Source: Promethearchaeota archaeon (GTDB taxonomy: Archaea; Asgardarchaeota; Lokiarchaeia; Sigyniarchaeales; SOKP01). Taken from it: a stretch of DNA of 64,000 nt. The position numbers were made by a program, and so were the translations under genes. The DNA lies in the NCBI GenBank assembly GCA_019058365.1, contig JAHPZE010000001.1, positions 128,001 to 192,000 on the forward strand. The letters run 5' to 3'. Positions 17,609 through 26,495 of the stretch are shown here, in pieces. The notes beneath the pieces were generated by a model. The model was not told the origin of the DNA, did no database searches, and worked only from the letters and a program-made list of their open reading frames with translations. The number at the start of each line of letters is the position of its first letter. Positions within the stretch are counted from its first letter, which is position 1.

Positions 17609-18319
17609 TTGCCATTAGATATAAATGGATGGATTGATGGAATTACTGCTTCAGGTGTAGTGATTTTTGGTATAATATTCGGTTTATTTTTTATCTATAG
17701 ATCAAAAAAAACAAAGGCTAAATTAGTTGCCTTTTTAGGGGCAGCTAACATGTTTGCGGGACTTATGTGGTTAGGTGTTTTTACAGATTTTCTATCAGTT
17801 CTTATTATTCAACAAAACATGGCTAACAATGGTACGGTTGCTATTCTCTCTTATATATGGTTTGCCCCTGCAATAATCACAGCAATGTATATCGGTGCAG
17901 AATTATTAACTCCCAAAATAAAGCGATATATCGTTGTAGTTATCTTAATAATTTCAATACTCTTTGAAATAATTGTTTTTTTATATCCTTTAGAGTCGTT
18001 TAATTTCGTTCCCTTACCACCAACACCACCCAGTATAAATTTAATTGATTATAATGTCAATTTAATGACGCTTGCGGGAATATTGATGGGTGTTATGTTG
18101 TTAACAGTTTTAATATTTTTAGGAATTGGCTTTTTATATAAAGCTTTTCAATCTTCAGGAGTCATACGTAAAAATTTCTTATACCTTTCAGTAGGGTCAA
18201 TATTCTTTTGTATATTTGGATTATTAGAAGGATTAACTGTTCCGGGAATTTTAGTGATTATAGTAAGAATTGGGTATCTATCTAGCTTCTGGCTCATGTA
18301 TTTAGGTTTAAAAGTATAA
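17609..18319 (+). CDS. Uncharacterised multi-pass (about 7 TM) membrane protein
   Basis: About seven hydrophobic segments, no soluble domain. Confidence 0.7.
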   Translation: MPLDINGWIDGITASGVVIFGIIFGLFFIYRSKKTKAKLVAFLGAANMFAGLMWLGVFTDFLSVLIIQQNMANNGTVAILSYIWFAPAIITAMYIGAELLTPKIKRYIVVVILIISILFEIIVFLYPLESFNFVPLPPTPPSINLIDYNVNLMTLAGILMGVMLLTVLIFLGIGFLYKAFQSSGVIRKNFLYLSVGSIFFCIFGLLEGLTVPGILVIIVRIGYLSSFWLMYLGLKV

Positions 18320-18442
18320 TCTAATTTCTTTTTTTTTATAGCAATTAGTATTTATATAAAAAGATTATATTATTAGTTAAAAGCGAAATATTTACACATT
18401 ATCAATACATTATTATCTCATTCAAAGGAATTTTAAATATTC

Positions 18443-19486
18443 ATGAAACGTCAAATAATTCAAGGAATAGTATACATAGAAATGAATGATGAATTGGGAC
18501 CTAATCCTGTCGCATGGCTTCCTAATACATTCACACAAATGGATTTAATTAATATAAGCATTAAAGTATTAACAATCCTATCGGGTGAAGACGGTCTTAT
18601 ACCTGAATCTTTAGTAATCCTCCCCTTTCCTTCAAGGAATTTAAAGGGAATTGTTAAATACATTAAATGGGCTGATTCATTAAGACGAGGAGGTATTGGT
18701 CAATCGGCTCTTGTATTGTTGTTTAAAGAAATAGATGATGTAATTTTTTATAAATATATTAATGATCTATCAATTCCTTTTAATAACCTCACACCAGAAA
18801 TAATAAATTTAGAAAATTCAAAAGCATCTAGAGAAGATTTCATAAGATTACTTGAACACCTTGAATTTAATATATCCGCTCTTTTAGAAGAATTAAAAAT
18901 TCAAGAAATGGCTCAACAAGAGAGTAAAGCATTCCCTGATCAACAACTTAAAGACCGAAATTTAATAGATTATCAATTTAAAATTATAATTTGTGGAGAT
19001 CCGCACGTTGGTAAAACTTCATTGATATTGAGATATACCAATGATGCATTTAGAAGAAATTACGTACCAACTTTAGGTGTTATGGTTTCAGATAAGATCT
19101 TTAAGATTGATGATTTTATCATCCAATTAACGTTATGGGACATCGGAGGTCAGCAAAAATTTCAAACAATGAGAAGACAATTTTATCGAGGTTCTGACGC
19201 TGTATTCTTGGTTTTTGATTTAACAAGAATTGACTCCTATAATAATATTCCTAAATGGTTTTCAGACGTAGCTGAACAGCTTAAAAATCGTTCTGAAGAA
19301 TTAATGGGATTTATTATTGGAAATAAAAAAGATTTAACTAACCAAATACAGGTAACTTCTGAAATGGCAAATCAAATTGCAGATCAATTAGGAATAGGAT
19401 TCATAGAAACATCAGCACTACAAGGAGAAAATGTAGATTATGCTTTCTCTACAATCGCTAACTTATTACTTAAATCCCGTTTATAA
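18443..19486 (+). CDS. uDENN/longin-like domain fused to Rab-like small GTPase
   Basis: N-terminal MNDELGPNP...VILPFP...DSLRRGG; C-terminal GDPHVGKTS, PTLG, WDIGGQ, FYRGSD, GNKKD, ETSAL. Confidence 0.88.
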   Translation: MKRQIIQGIVYIEMNDELGPNPVAWLPNTFTQMDLINISIKVLTILSGEDGLIPESLVILPFPSRNLKGIVKYIKWADSLRRGGIGQSALVLLFKEIDDVIFYKYINDLSIPFNNLTPEIINLENSKASREDFIRLLEHLEFNISALLEELKIQEMAQQESKAFPDQQLKDRNLIDYQFKIIICGDPHVGKTSLILRYTNDAFRRNYVPTLGVMVSDKIFKIDDFIIQLTLWDIGGQQKFQTMRRQFYRGSDAVFLVFDLTRIDSYNNIPKWFSDVAEQLKNRSEELMGFIIGNKKDLTNQIQVTSEMANQIADQLGIGFIETSALQGENVDYAFSTIANLLLKSRL

Positions 19487-19514
19487 TGGTATTCAATGAA
19501 ATAAATCGTTCATA

Positions 19515-19559
19515 GCTTTTTCTACAATTGCTATATTATTGTATAAATTGTGTTTATAA
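19515..19559 (+). repeat. Degenerate direct copy of the last 45 nt of the upstream Rab-fusion gene
   Basis: 35/45 nt identical to 19442-19486 by my count; reads AFSTIAILLYKLCL* versus AFSTIANLLLKSRL*. Confidence 0.75.
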
Positions 19560-19574
19560 TTATCTATAGGTATC

Positions 19575-19598
19575 TTCGTGAAAGAGGTGTTTCACGAA
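19575..19598. other. Perfect 9-bp inverted repeat (possible terminator, binding site or scar)
   Basis: TTCGTGAAA-gaggtg-TTTCACGAA. Confidence 0.5.
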
Positions 19599-19646
19599 CT
19601 TCGATACATTAAACTGTAAACCATTCAAATTCACAAATTTTTATAA

Positions 19647-19832
19647 AATCCTATTTTTATTTTAGGAAATAAGGAAGATTTAATTTCTGAAAGATATCTA
19701 GTATCTGAAGAAGCATTAAAAATTGTAAATGAACTTACCTTAGAGTATATCGAGACTTCTGCGTTAATTGAAAAAAACATAGAAGAAAGCTTTTGCAAAA
19801 TGGCGGAAAGTTTAATTAAATCCCATCAATAA
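19647..19832 (+). pseudogene. 3' remnant of a Rab-like GTPase gene
   Basis: Translates to NPIFILGNKEDL...LEYIETSALIEKNIEESFCKMAESLIKSHQ*. It has G4 and G5 only and is preceded by an in-frame TAA. Confidence 0.85.
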
Positions 19833-19843
19833 TCAATAATGAA

Positions 19844-20428
19844 GTGAGAAATTTGAATTTAGAAGAAATAATTTATAAGAGAAGAACAATCAGAAGATTC
19901 AAACAAGATCCCATCCCATTAGAACTTTTAAAAAAGGTAATTGATTATGCCCGTATAGCTCCAGTGGCACGTAATATTCAAGCTCTTGAATTTTTTATTG
20001 TTCATAATGCTGAAATTAGGGAAAAGTTATTTCCATTAGTAAATTGGGCAAGTTCTCTTCCTGAAGAACAAAGAACTCCTGAAAAAGGAAGAAAACCTAC
20101 TGCATATATTATAGTGCTTGTAAACACAAACATAAAAAATGCATATGTTGATTTTGATGTTGGAGCCGCTGTTGAAAATATATTACTTGGTGCCGTTAAC
20201 TTTGGGTTTGGATGCTGTTGGATGGGGTCTATCAATGCAAAAAAAATTAGAAAACTATTAGATATTCCAGATTACTATACAATTAAACAAGTAATTAGCT
20301 TAGGATATCCAGATGAAGATTCTGTAATTGAACCTTATATAGATTCTTTTAATTATTGGAAAGATAATGAAGGAAAAATGCACGTTCCTAAAAGAGCTTT
20401 AAACGATATTATTTTTAAGATTTATTGA
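19844..20428 (+). CDS. Nitroreductase-family protein
   Basis: RRTIRRF, APVARNIQ, DVGAAVENILLGA..GFGCCW, ISLGYP. Confidence 0.9.
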   Translation: MRNLNLEEIIYKRRTIRRFKQDPIPLELLKKVIDYARIAPVARNIQALEFFIVHNAEIREKLFPLVNWASSLPEEQRTPEKGRKPTAYIIVLVNTNIKNAYVDFDVGAAVENILLGAVNFGFGCCWMGSINAKKIRKLLDIPDYYTIKQVISLGYPDEDSVIEPYIDSFNYWKDNEGKMHVPKRALNDIIFKIY

Positions 20429-20495
20429 TAAAAGCATTAAATTTTAAAGACTTTATATGTGAGATTCAAAATTTTGCCTAATTTTTCAATTTTTT

Positions 20496-21041
20496 CTATG
20501 ATACAGATATTTCCTTGTATTTAGAATACAATTTTTGAATAATTGCTTGAAATGCTTCGTATACTCCTTGTCCTGTTTTTGCTGAAGTCTTATAATACCC
20601 GAAAAAGTCTTTTTTATTAACAAATTTTAGGATTTTCTCCTCATTGAAGGTTTTTTCATCTATTAAATCGACTTTATTTCCAAATAGTAAAATAGGGATA
20701 TCTCCACAGAATTTTTTTATTTCATTTTGCCAATTTGGAACATGTTTAAAACTTTCTCTACCAAAATCATTTTCTTCAAGAGAAAATACTATAATAGCAG
20801 CCAAGCTGGATTTATAAAAAGCAGGACGTAAGAAATGGAAAGTATCTTGACCTGCAATATCCCAGAAGAATAACTTACAGTTATCACCTTCAATCTCTTC
20901 AGTATATTTGGAAAATTGTGCTCCAATTGTTTGAATGTATTCGTCTTGAAAACCTCCTTGTGTAAATTTTCTAATTAGTGAGGTTTTACCTACCGCTCCA
21001 TCTCCAATAATAGTAATTTTGAACGTGAATTTTTCATTCAT
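20496..21041 (-). CDS. Rab-like small GTPase
   Basis: GDGAVGKTS, QTIG, WDIAGQ, GNKVD, KTSAK; no C-terminal prenylation Cys. Confidence 0.92.
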   Translation of the reverse strand: MNEKFTFKITIIGDGAVGKTSLIRKFTQGGFQDEYIQTIGAQFSKYTEEIEGDNCKLFFWDIAGQDTFHFLRPAFYKSSLAAIIVFSLEENDFGRESFKHVPNWQNEIKKFCGDIPILLFGNKVDLIDEKTFNEEKILKFVNKKDFFGYYKTSAKTGQGVYEAFQAIIQKLYSKYKEISVS

Positions 21042-21254
21042 TGAATCATTTCATCGATTTTTTGGTATTTTAACTAATTATAAATATCAGTTTATTTTAA
21101 TATAAAATTTTACTTTTTACTTCATTCTATAATACGAGAGAAATCTTTTATGAGAAAATTACGTAAAAACTTTATAAATTTTGACAATAATAATTATTTT
21201 ATAAAAAAGTTGAATTTTAGCAAAAATATATTGTATTTATTATTTTAAGAAGAG

Positions 21255-22058
21255 ATGATAATGGTATTAAAAACAGAATCTAGGATGGAAGTTTTATTTG
21301 GTCTTGCTGGTGCGTTATTTATGGCAGTTATGCTACCACTAACTGCTTCTCTTACTCCAGGATATTCACCACTAAAATATACCGTAAGTACATTAGGACT
21401 AATGAAGGCAAAATCGTTATTCAGTATTGCTTTTGTTGTGACTGGTTCCTTGCTAATTCCATTTTATATATATCTTGAAAGAGAATTAGTAAATATAAAT
21501 GAAAGTCTTAGAAGATTAGCGACAGGGATAGCAATTTTCTCTAATATGTGTATTGCATTAGTCGGAATAATTCCAGATGAAACATATATAGCAGCATTTG
21601 TAGCATTTCATAGTTTTGTTGCAACCACCAGCTTCACTGGATCGTCTTTTTATATAGTTCTTTACAGTTACTTAATGTATCAGGTACCTAAATCTACAAT
21701 GTATAAAGGTCCCGCTTTTAAAAAATATTTAGCTTACTATGGTTTCTTTATTGGGATTATGTTTATAATTCTTCTTATTGTGTTTAAACCTTTAATCGAA
21801 TGGATATTGACAATACTCATACTCATATGGATTATTATAACTGCCACTCAATGTATATCCTATAAATTCTTTAATCTTCCGGGATTATACTATAAAAAGG
21901 CTCAATACCCTGAGGCATTAGAATTATTTGAGGAAGCTGTTCAGATTTTAGATAACCTTGAGATAAAAGGTGACCCAATAAAAAAAACACTAAAGGAAAA
22001 TATTAATTTCCTTAGAAGTGAAATAGAAAAAGAAACTAAAAATTCTGATGAATCTTAG
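21255..22058 (+). CDS. DUF998/Frag1-like membrane protein with C-terminal TPR-like helices
   Basis: PGYSP...VSTLG, VGIIP...H motifs and about 6 TM segments; tail GLYYKKAQYPEALELFEEAVQI is TPR-like. Confidence 0.65.
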   Translation: MIMVLKTESRMEVLFGLAGALFMAVMLPLTASLTPGYSPLKYTVSTLGLMKAKSLFSIAFVVTGSLLIPFYIYLERELVNINESLRRLATGIAIFSNMCIALVGIIPDETYIAAFVAFHSFVATTSFTGSSFYIVLYSYLMYQVPKSTMYKGPAFKKYLAYYGFFIGIMFIILLIVFKPLIEWILTILILIWIIITATQCISYKFFNLPGLYYKKAQYPEALELFEEAVQILDNLEIKGDPIKKTLKENINFLRSEIEKETKNSDES

Positions 22059-22139
22059 AATATTTCAAGAAAAATCCAATTAACTCTTATTTTTTTCTTT
22101 CTATTAACTTATATCTATAAATTCCTTTCTTCAATACTT

Positions 22140-22373
22140 TTATAGGGGAACAACAATGTGGGTTTCTGTACGGTTTACACCCTCAATACTATGGATTTTT
22201 GCTAGAATTGTTTTTGCGATTGTTTCTACATCTTGCCCTTCCACTTTAACAATGATGTCTATACCTCCGGTAACTGGATAACTTTCTTTAACTTCTGGTA
22301 TTTTTTCTAAACCACGAACAACAGATTCTACAAACCCCGCTTGAACATTCATTAACACAAAACATAGAGTCAA
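22140..22373 (-). CDS. Stand-alone Lrp/AsnC ligand-binding (RAM) domain protein
   Basis: PEVKESYPVTGGIDIIVKV...IEGVNRTET. Confidence 0.85.
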   Translation of the reverse strand: MTLCFVLMNVQAGFVESVVRGLEKIPEVKESYPVTGGIDIIVKVEGQDVETIAKTILAKIHSIEGVNRTETHIVVPL

Positions 22374-22581
22374 TTTTTACTTCTCCTTTTTATTATTTTT
22401 TTTTAATTTAATATTATCTTTAATACTTAAAAATCTTCAATAATCTCTCAATTCTCAATATTATTTACTTTGACTTTAAGTACCTTTTTTACACTAATAG
22501 CCCATGTTCGATTAAGAAATAGAAAAATGCTACATTTCATTATAATTACCTGAAAAATTATCCCACATACAAATAATAAGA

Positions 22582-23454
22582 TCAATATCTAAGAAGAAAA
22601 TCTATTAGTTCTTGATTCTTTCGCAACAAACTATATTCTCCTTTCCTAAGCTTACTTTTCATAGTTTTAGTTATTTCTTTTATTTTAAAATCCATGTTAT
22701 TCACTACTTGCTTAATTTTTGGTAAAAGGTCAAAAAGTAACATTTGATTTATGATTCTTCCTTTATACTGTCTAACTGATAAATCACTTGCTAGAAAAAG
22801 GTATATAGGTGCAATTGCTTCGGGAGAGATTGGTTCAGGTGCTATTTGTCCTCGCTCAGCACTATCTTCATATAATTTAGTGTGAATTGCACCTGGAAGA
22901 ATCACATTTACTTGGATATTAAATGGATTTAATTCATTATGAAGACATTTTCCCATAGCAGAAACTCCTGCCTTTGTAGAAGAATATGCTACTTGATTTG
23001 GATTAAAAAACATATTTCCGTGAACAGAGGAGGTAATAATAATATTTCCTTTTTCTTGTTCAATCATTTTGGGAAGTATTAATTTTACCATCGCATAATA
23101 GGCAATAAGATTAAGATTGAACAATTTTACCACTCTCTCAAGAGATGTATCCAACATTGAGCAATAGTATGACATTCCTGCATTATTTACTAAAATATTA
23201 CAAATTTCAAAGTTCTTATAGTATTCCTCTGCAACTCTTTCAACTTCTTTAATATTTGTCAAGTCAGCAGGAATGGAAATCCCTTCCACACCATACTTTT
23301 TGATGTCCTCAACAACTGCAAGTAACTCATTTTCTTCTAAAGCTGTAATTGCGATGTTAGCACCATTTCTTGCATACTCAAGAGCGACTGCTTTTCCAAT
23401 TCCTCTTCCACCACCCGTAATTAATGCATATTTTCCATCTAAAAGATTTTTCAA
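22582..23454 (-). CDS. Classical SDR oxidoreductase
   Basis: TGGGRGIG, NNAG, YSSTK, VNVILPG. Confidence 0.9.
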   Translation of the reverse strand: MKNLLDGKYALITGGGRGIGKAVALEYARNGANIAITALEENELLAVVEDIKKYGVEGISIPADLTNIKEVERVAEEYYKNFEICNILVNNAGMSYYCSMLDTSLERVVKLFNLNLIAYYAMVKLILPKMIEQEKGNIIITSSVHGNMFFNPNQVAYSSTKAGVSAMGKCLHNELNPFNIQVNVILPGAIHTKLYEDSAERGQIAPEPISPEAIAPIYLFLASDLSVRQYKGRIINQMLLFDLLPKIKQVVNNMDFKIKEITKTMKSKLRKGEYSLLRKNQELIDFLLRY

Positions 23455-23478
23455 AATTATATCTCCAAAAATTTTTTT

Positions 23479-25251
23479 TTATATTTTCAACTGCCCATTA
23501 ATTAATTTCTGATATATATTATTATCCAAGGAAATATACATTTTGTCCTGTTGATTCCATAGATATACTTTATCAGTGATTAAGTCAATATGATATGCTT
23601 CTCGAAGTATATTAGTTTTCTTTATTTTATAGGGACCTGTAATTTCTAGTTCATCATCACAAATTCGAATAAAGACAGGAATAGAATAAACTGGAAAAAC
23701 ATCTGCAATAAATTGAGAAAAATTTTCAATCTCAAACTTCAAAGAGGGATTTAATTTAATTGCAGCCATTCCAGCTTTTCCTTCTGTATTTGGAATAGAA
23801 ACACCATAAACAGCGGACATATAAATTGATGGATAAGAATTTAGAATGGATTCTATTTCAAGAGTAGATACATTTTCACCTTTCCATCGGTAAGTATCAC
23901 CAAATCGATCTGCAAACGATACCCAAAGGTCATCATGAAGCATTAACATATCATTGGTATTAAAATAAGTATCATTTTTTAAAAAAACATCATGTAGAAA
24001 TTTGTCTTCTGTTTTTTCTTTATCTGTGTACCCCATGAAAAAGGTTCCCTTATCAATTTTAAGCAAAACCATTCCAATATCACCTGGTTTGCATTTGATA
24101 CAATAACCTCTCTCATTTCTGTAAAATTCACCTGTTTCAGGATTAACTTTCACTAAAATTAATCCAGATTGAGTTAGTCTCCCTATCATTCCGGGAATTT
24201 CCTCAACATTAATAAGAGATCGATGACCCTCAGTTAATCCATAAAATTCGTATATATGTCCAATCTGAAAACGAGATTGAAATCTCTCCCATATCTCCTT
24301 TCGGAGGCCTAATCCTAACATCTTTTTGAGTGTATGATTTTTTTCATATTCAGAGGGTGGTTGATTGAGAAGATATCGAGGGATTTCACCAACATAGATG
24401 CTACAAGTTGCTTGAAATTTATGGATATCTTTCCAGTATTCAAAGGCAGAAAAACGTTTTCTTATTGCTAGAGTAGCACCAGTTCGAAAAATGGCTGGCC
24501 AGGCAACTCCTATAGCTAAATTATGGTAAAGTGGGGTTGGGATATATACAATATCGTTTATATCCGTTTTTGCAAAAGCTATTCCTAAGAAGTTACCTTG
24601 AGTAAATAGTTTAAAATTTTCCATTACACAGGCTTTAGGGAGACCTGTTGTGCCTGAAGTGTAAATATACAATGCAGTTTGATGTAAAATTGAATTATAA
24701 GTAGTATTAGGATTAGTTCCGGATAAGTTTTTAGTGATAGTTTGTAAGTTAGTAAAATCATGAGGATTATTCTTATTGTTATTAATAACATAAATATTCT
24801 CATAGGGATAATGTAAATCCTCAACAATTTCAATAAAGTAAGGTAAACTATCACCATCAACAATTATCCACCTTGGTTCTGCCAATTTAAAAGAATGGAT
24901 TAATGCTTGTTTCCTAAGATTAAAATTAATTAATGCACTAATCCCTTGCAGTTTATTAATTCCAGTTGTATAAAAGAGGTATTCAGGTGAATTTTCAAGC
25001 ATTAAAGCAACAGTATCATTTGGTTCTAATCCTGAATTAAGAAAATGGTTTGCGATTATATTGCTTTCTTCATTAAATTCTTGCCAAGTCCAAGAAGAAT
25101 CTTCATATAGCAAAGCTTTTTTTTTTGGTATGTTTTTTGCCAACTCTTCAATAGATGTGGCTATACTCTGATTTGGATTAGTTAGAGCCTTTTGCATTTG
25201 TTCACCAAAACGAGTATAGAATTCAGCTTCTTTAGGAGTATAATTGGGCAT
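23479..25251 (-). CDS. Long-chain acyl-CoA synthetase (FATP/VLACS-like)
   Basis: YIYTSGTTGLPK, PLYH, YVGEIPRYL, EFYGLTEG, DRFGDTYRWKGENVST. Confidence 0.9.
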   Translation of the reverse strand: MPNYTPKEAEFYTRFGEQMQKALTNPNQSIATSIEELAKNIPKKKALLYEDSSWTWQEFNEESNIIANHFLNSGLEPNDTVALMLENSPEYLFYTTGINKLQGISALINFNLRKQALIHSFKLAEPRWIIVDGDSLPYFIEIVEDLHYPYENIYVINNNKNNPHDFTNLQTITKNLSGTNPNTTYNSILHQTALYIYTSGTTGLPKACVMENFKLFTQGNFLGIAFAKTDINDIVYIPTPLYHNLAIGVAWPAIFRTGATLAIRKRFSAFEYWKDIHKFQATCSIYVGEIPRYLLNQPPSEYEKNHTLKKMLGLGLRKEIWERFQSRFQIGHIYEFYGLTEGHRSLINVEEIPGMIGRLTQSGLILVKVNPETGEFYRNERGYCIKCKPGDIGMVLLKIDKGTFFMGYTDKEKTEDKFLHDVFLKNDTYFNTNDMLMLHDDLWVSFADRFGDTYRWKGENVSTLEIESILNSYPSIYMSAVYGVSIPNTEGKAGMAAIKLNPSLKFEIENFSQFIADVFPVYSIPVFIRICDDELEITGPYKIKKTNILREAYHIDLITDKVYLWNQQDKMYISLDNNIYQKLINGQLKI

Positions 25252-25450
25252 GATTAGAGTGATTCTAAAATTATTATAATTACGATAAGGTATTTAATTC
25301 CAAAATTATATTTATCTTTTATTTATTTTAATATAAAACTGAATTTTTTCTAAATCATGAGAATTAAATGAAAGAGATTATTATTACAATTAATATTAAC
25401 AACCGTAACAAATAATAAAATTGTTAATAATAAAATAAAGAGTTTAAAAA

Positions 25451-26365
25451 TTGAAACCAAATTTACTTACAGATGAAAAAGTAATTATAACAGCAGCCAT
25501 TACAGGGGGAATTCAAGGAAAATGGGCAAATCCAGCAATACCTATCACTCCTGAAGAGCAAGCTCAAGATGCATTGGAATGTTATGAAGCAGGTGCCTCA
25601 ATATTACATCTTCATGTCCGTGGTGAAGACGGACAAAATACACCAGATCTAAAATATTATAATAAAGCAGTTAAGCTCATACACGAAAAGTGTCCAATTA
25701 TAGTTCAAATTGGGAATGGAATAGGTGCACGCATAGCATATGGAACTAAAACTAGTAGCAAAGGGCGGAAATACGGTCAAACTATTGTTATGCCTACTCT
25801 TAAAGAACGGTTAAATCTTCTTAATATAAATCCACCACCAGATATGCATACCATTAACGCAGGGACGTTTGAGTTTCAGACTAAATATGGTAATCATACT
25901 TTTGATAATCCATTATCTTTTAATAAACGATATGTCGAAAGATGTAACAAAAAAGGTTTTGGGATTGAAATTGAAGTATATGATATAAGCCATATTACCA
26001 ATATTGAGACATTAGTATCGACATTCAAAGTTCTTAGACCTCCATTACATTTCAGTATTGTTTTAGGAATTGGTGGGGGCGCACCAGCAACAATTAGAAA
26101 TCTATTAAACATGGTAGATTTATTACCTGAAGGATCAACTTGGCAAGTGGTGACTGTGGGTAAATTAAATCTCCGAATAACTACTATCGCTCTTTGTATG
26201 GGAGGAAATGTAAGAACTGGGCTTGAAGACATTCTCTATTATCAGAAAAGTGAAATGGTTGAAAGTAATGCTCAATTAGTAAAAAGAATGGTTCGATTAG
26301 CCAAAGAACTTGGAAGAGAAACTGCTACTGTTGATGATGCTCACGCAAAATTGGGATTAAAATAA
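25451..26365 (+). CDS. Beta-keto acid cleavage enzyme (BKACE/Kce family)
   Basis: IITAAITG, PITPEE, AGASILHLHVR, GGNVRTGLED, SNAQLV. Confidence 0.9.
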   Translation: MKPNLLTDEKVIITAAITGGIQGKWANPAIPITPEEQAQDALECYEAGASILHLHVRGEDGQNTPDLKYYNKAVKLIHEKCPIIVQIGNGIGARIAYGTKTSSKGRKYGQTIVMPTLKERLNLLNINPPPDMHTINAGTFEFQTKYGNHTFDNPLSFNKRYVERCNKKGFGIEIEVYDISHITNIETLVSTFKVLRPPLHFSIVLGIGGGAPATIRNLLNMVDLLPEGSTWQVVTVGKLNLRITTIALCMGGNVRTGLEDILYYQKSEMVESNAQLVKRMVRLAKELGRETATVDDAHAKLGLK

Positions 26366-26495
26366 AAATAATAAATTCATATTTTATTAATTATACTCTA
26401 AAGAGCCTATATAAAGGTTTTATATCAATTTTCATGAAATAAAATCGTAATCTTAAACCCATTAAAAATAAATTAAAAAAAAAATTTTATTTTAA

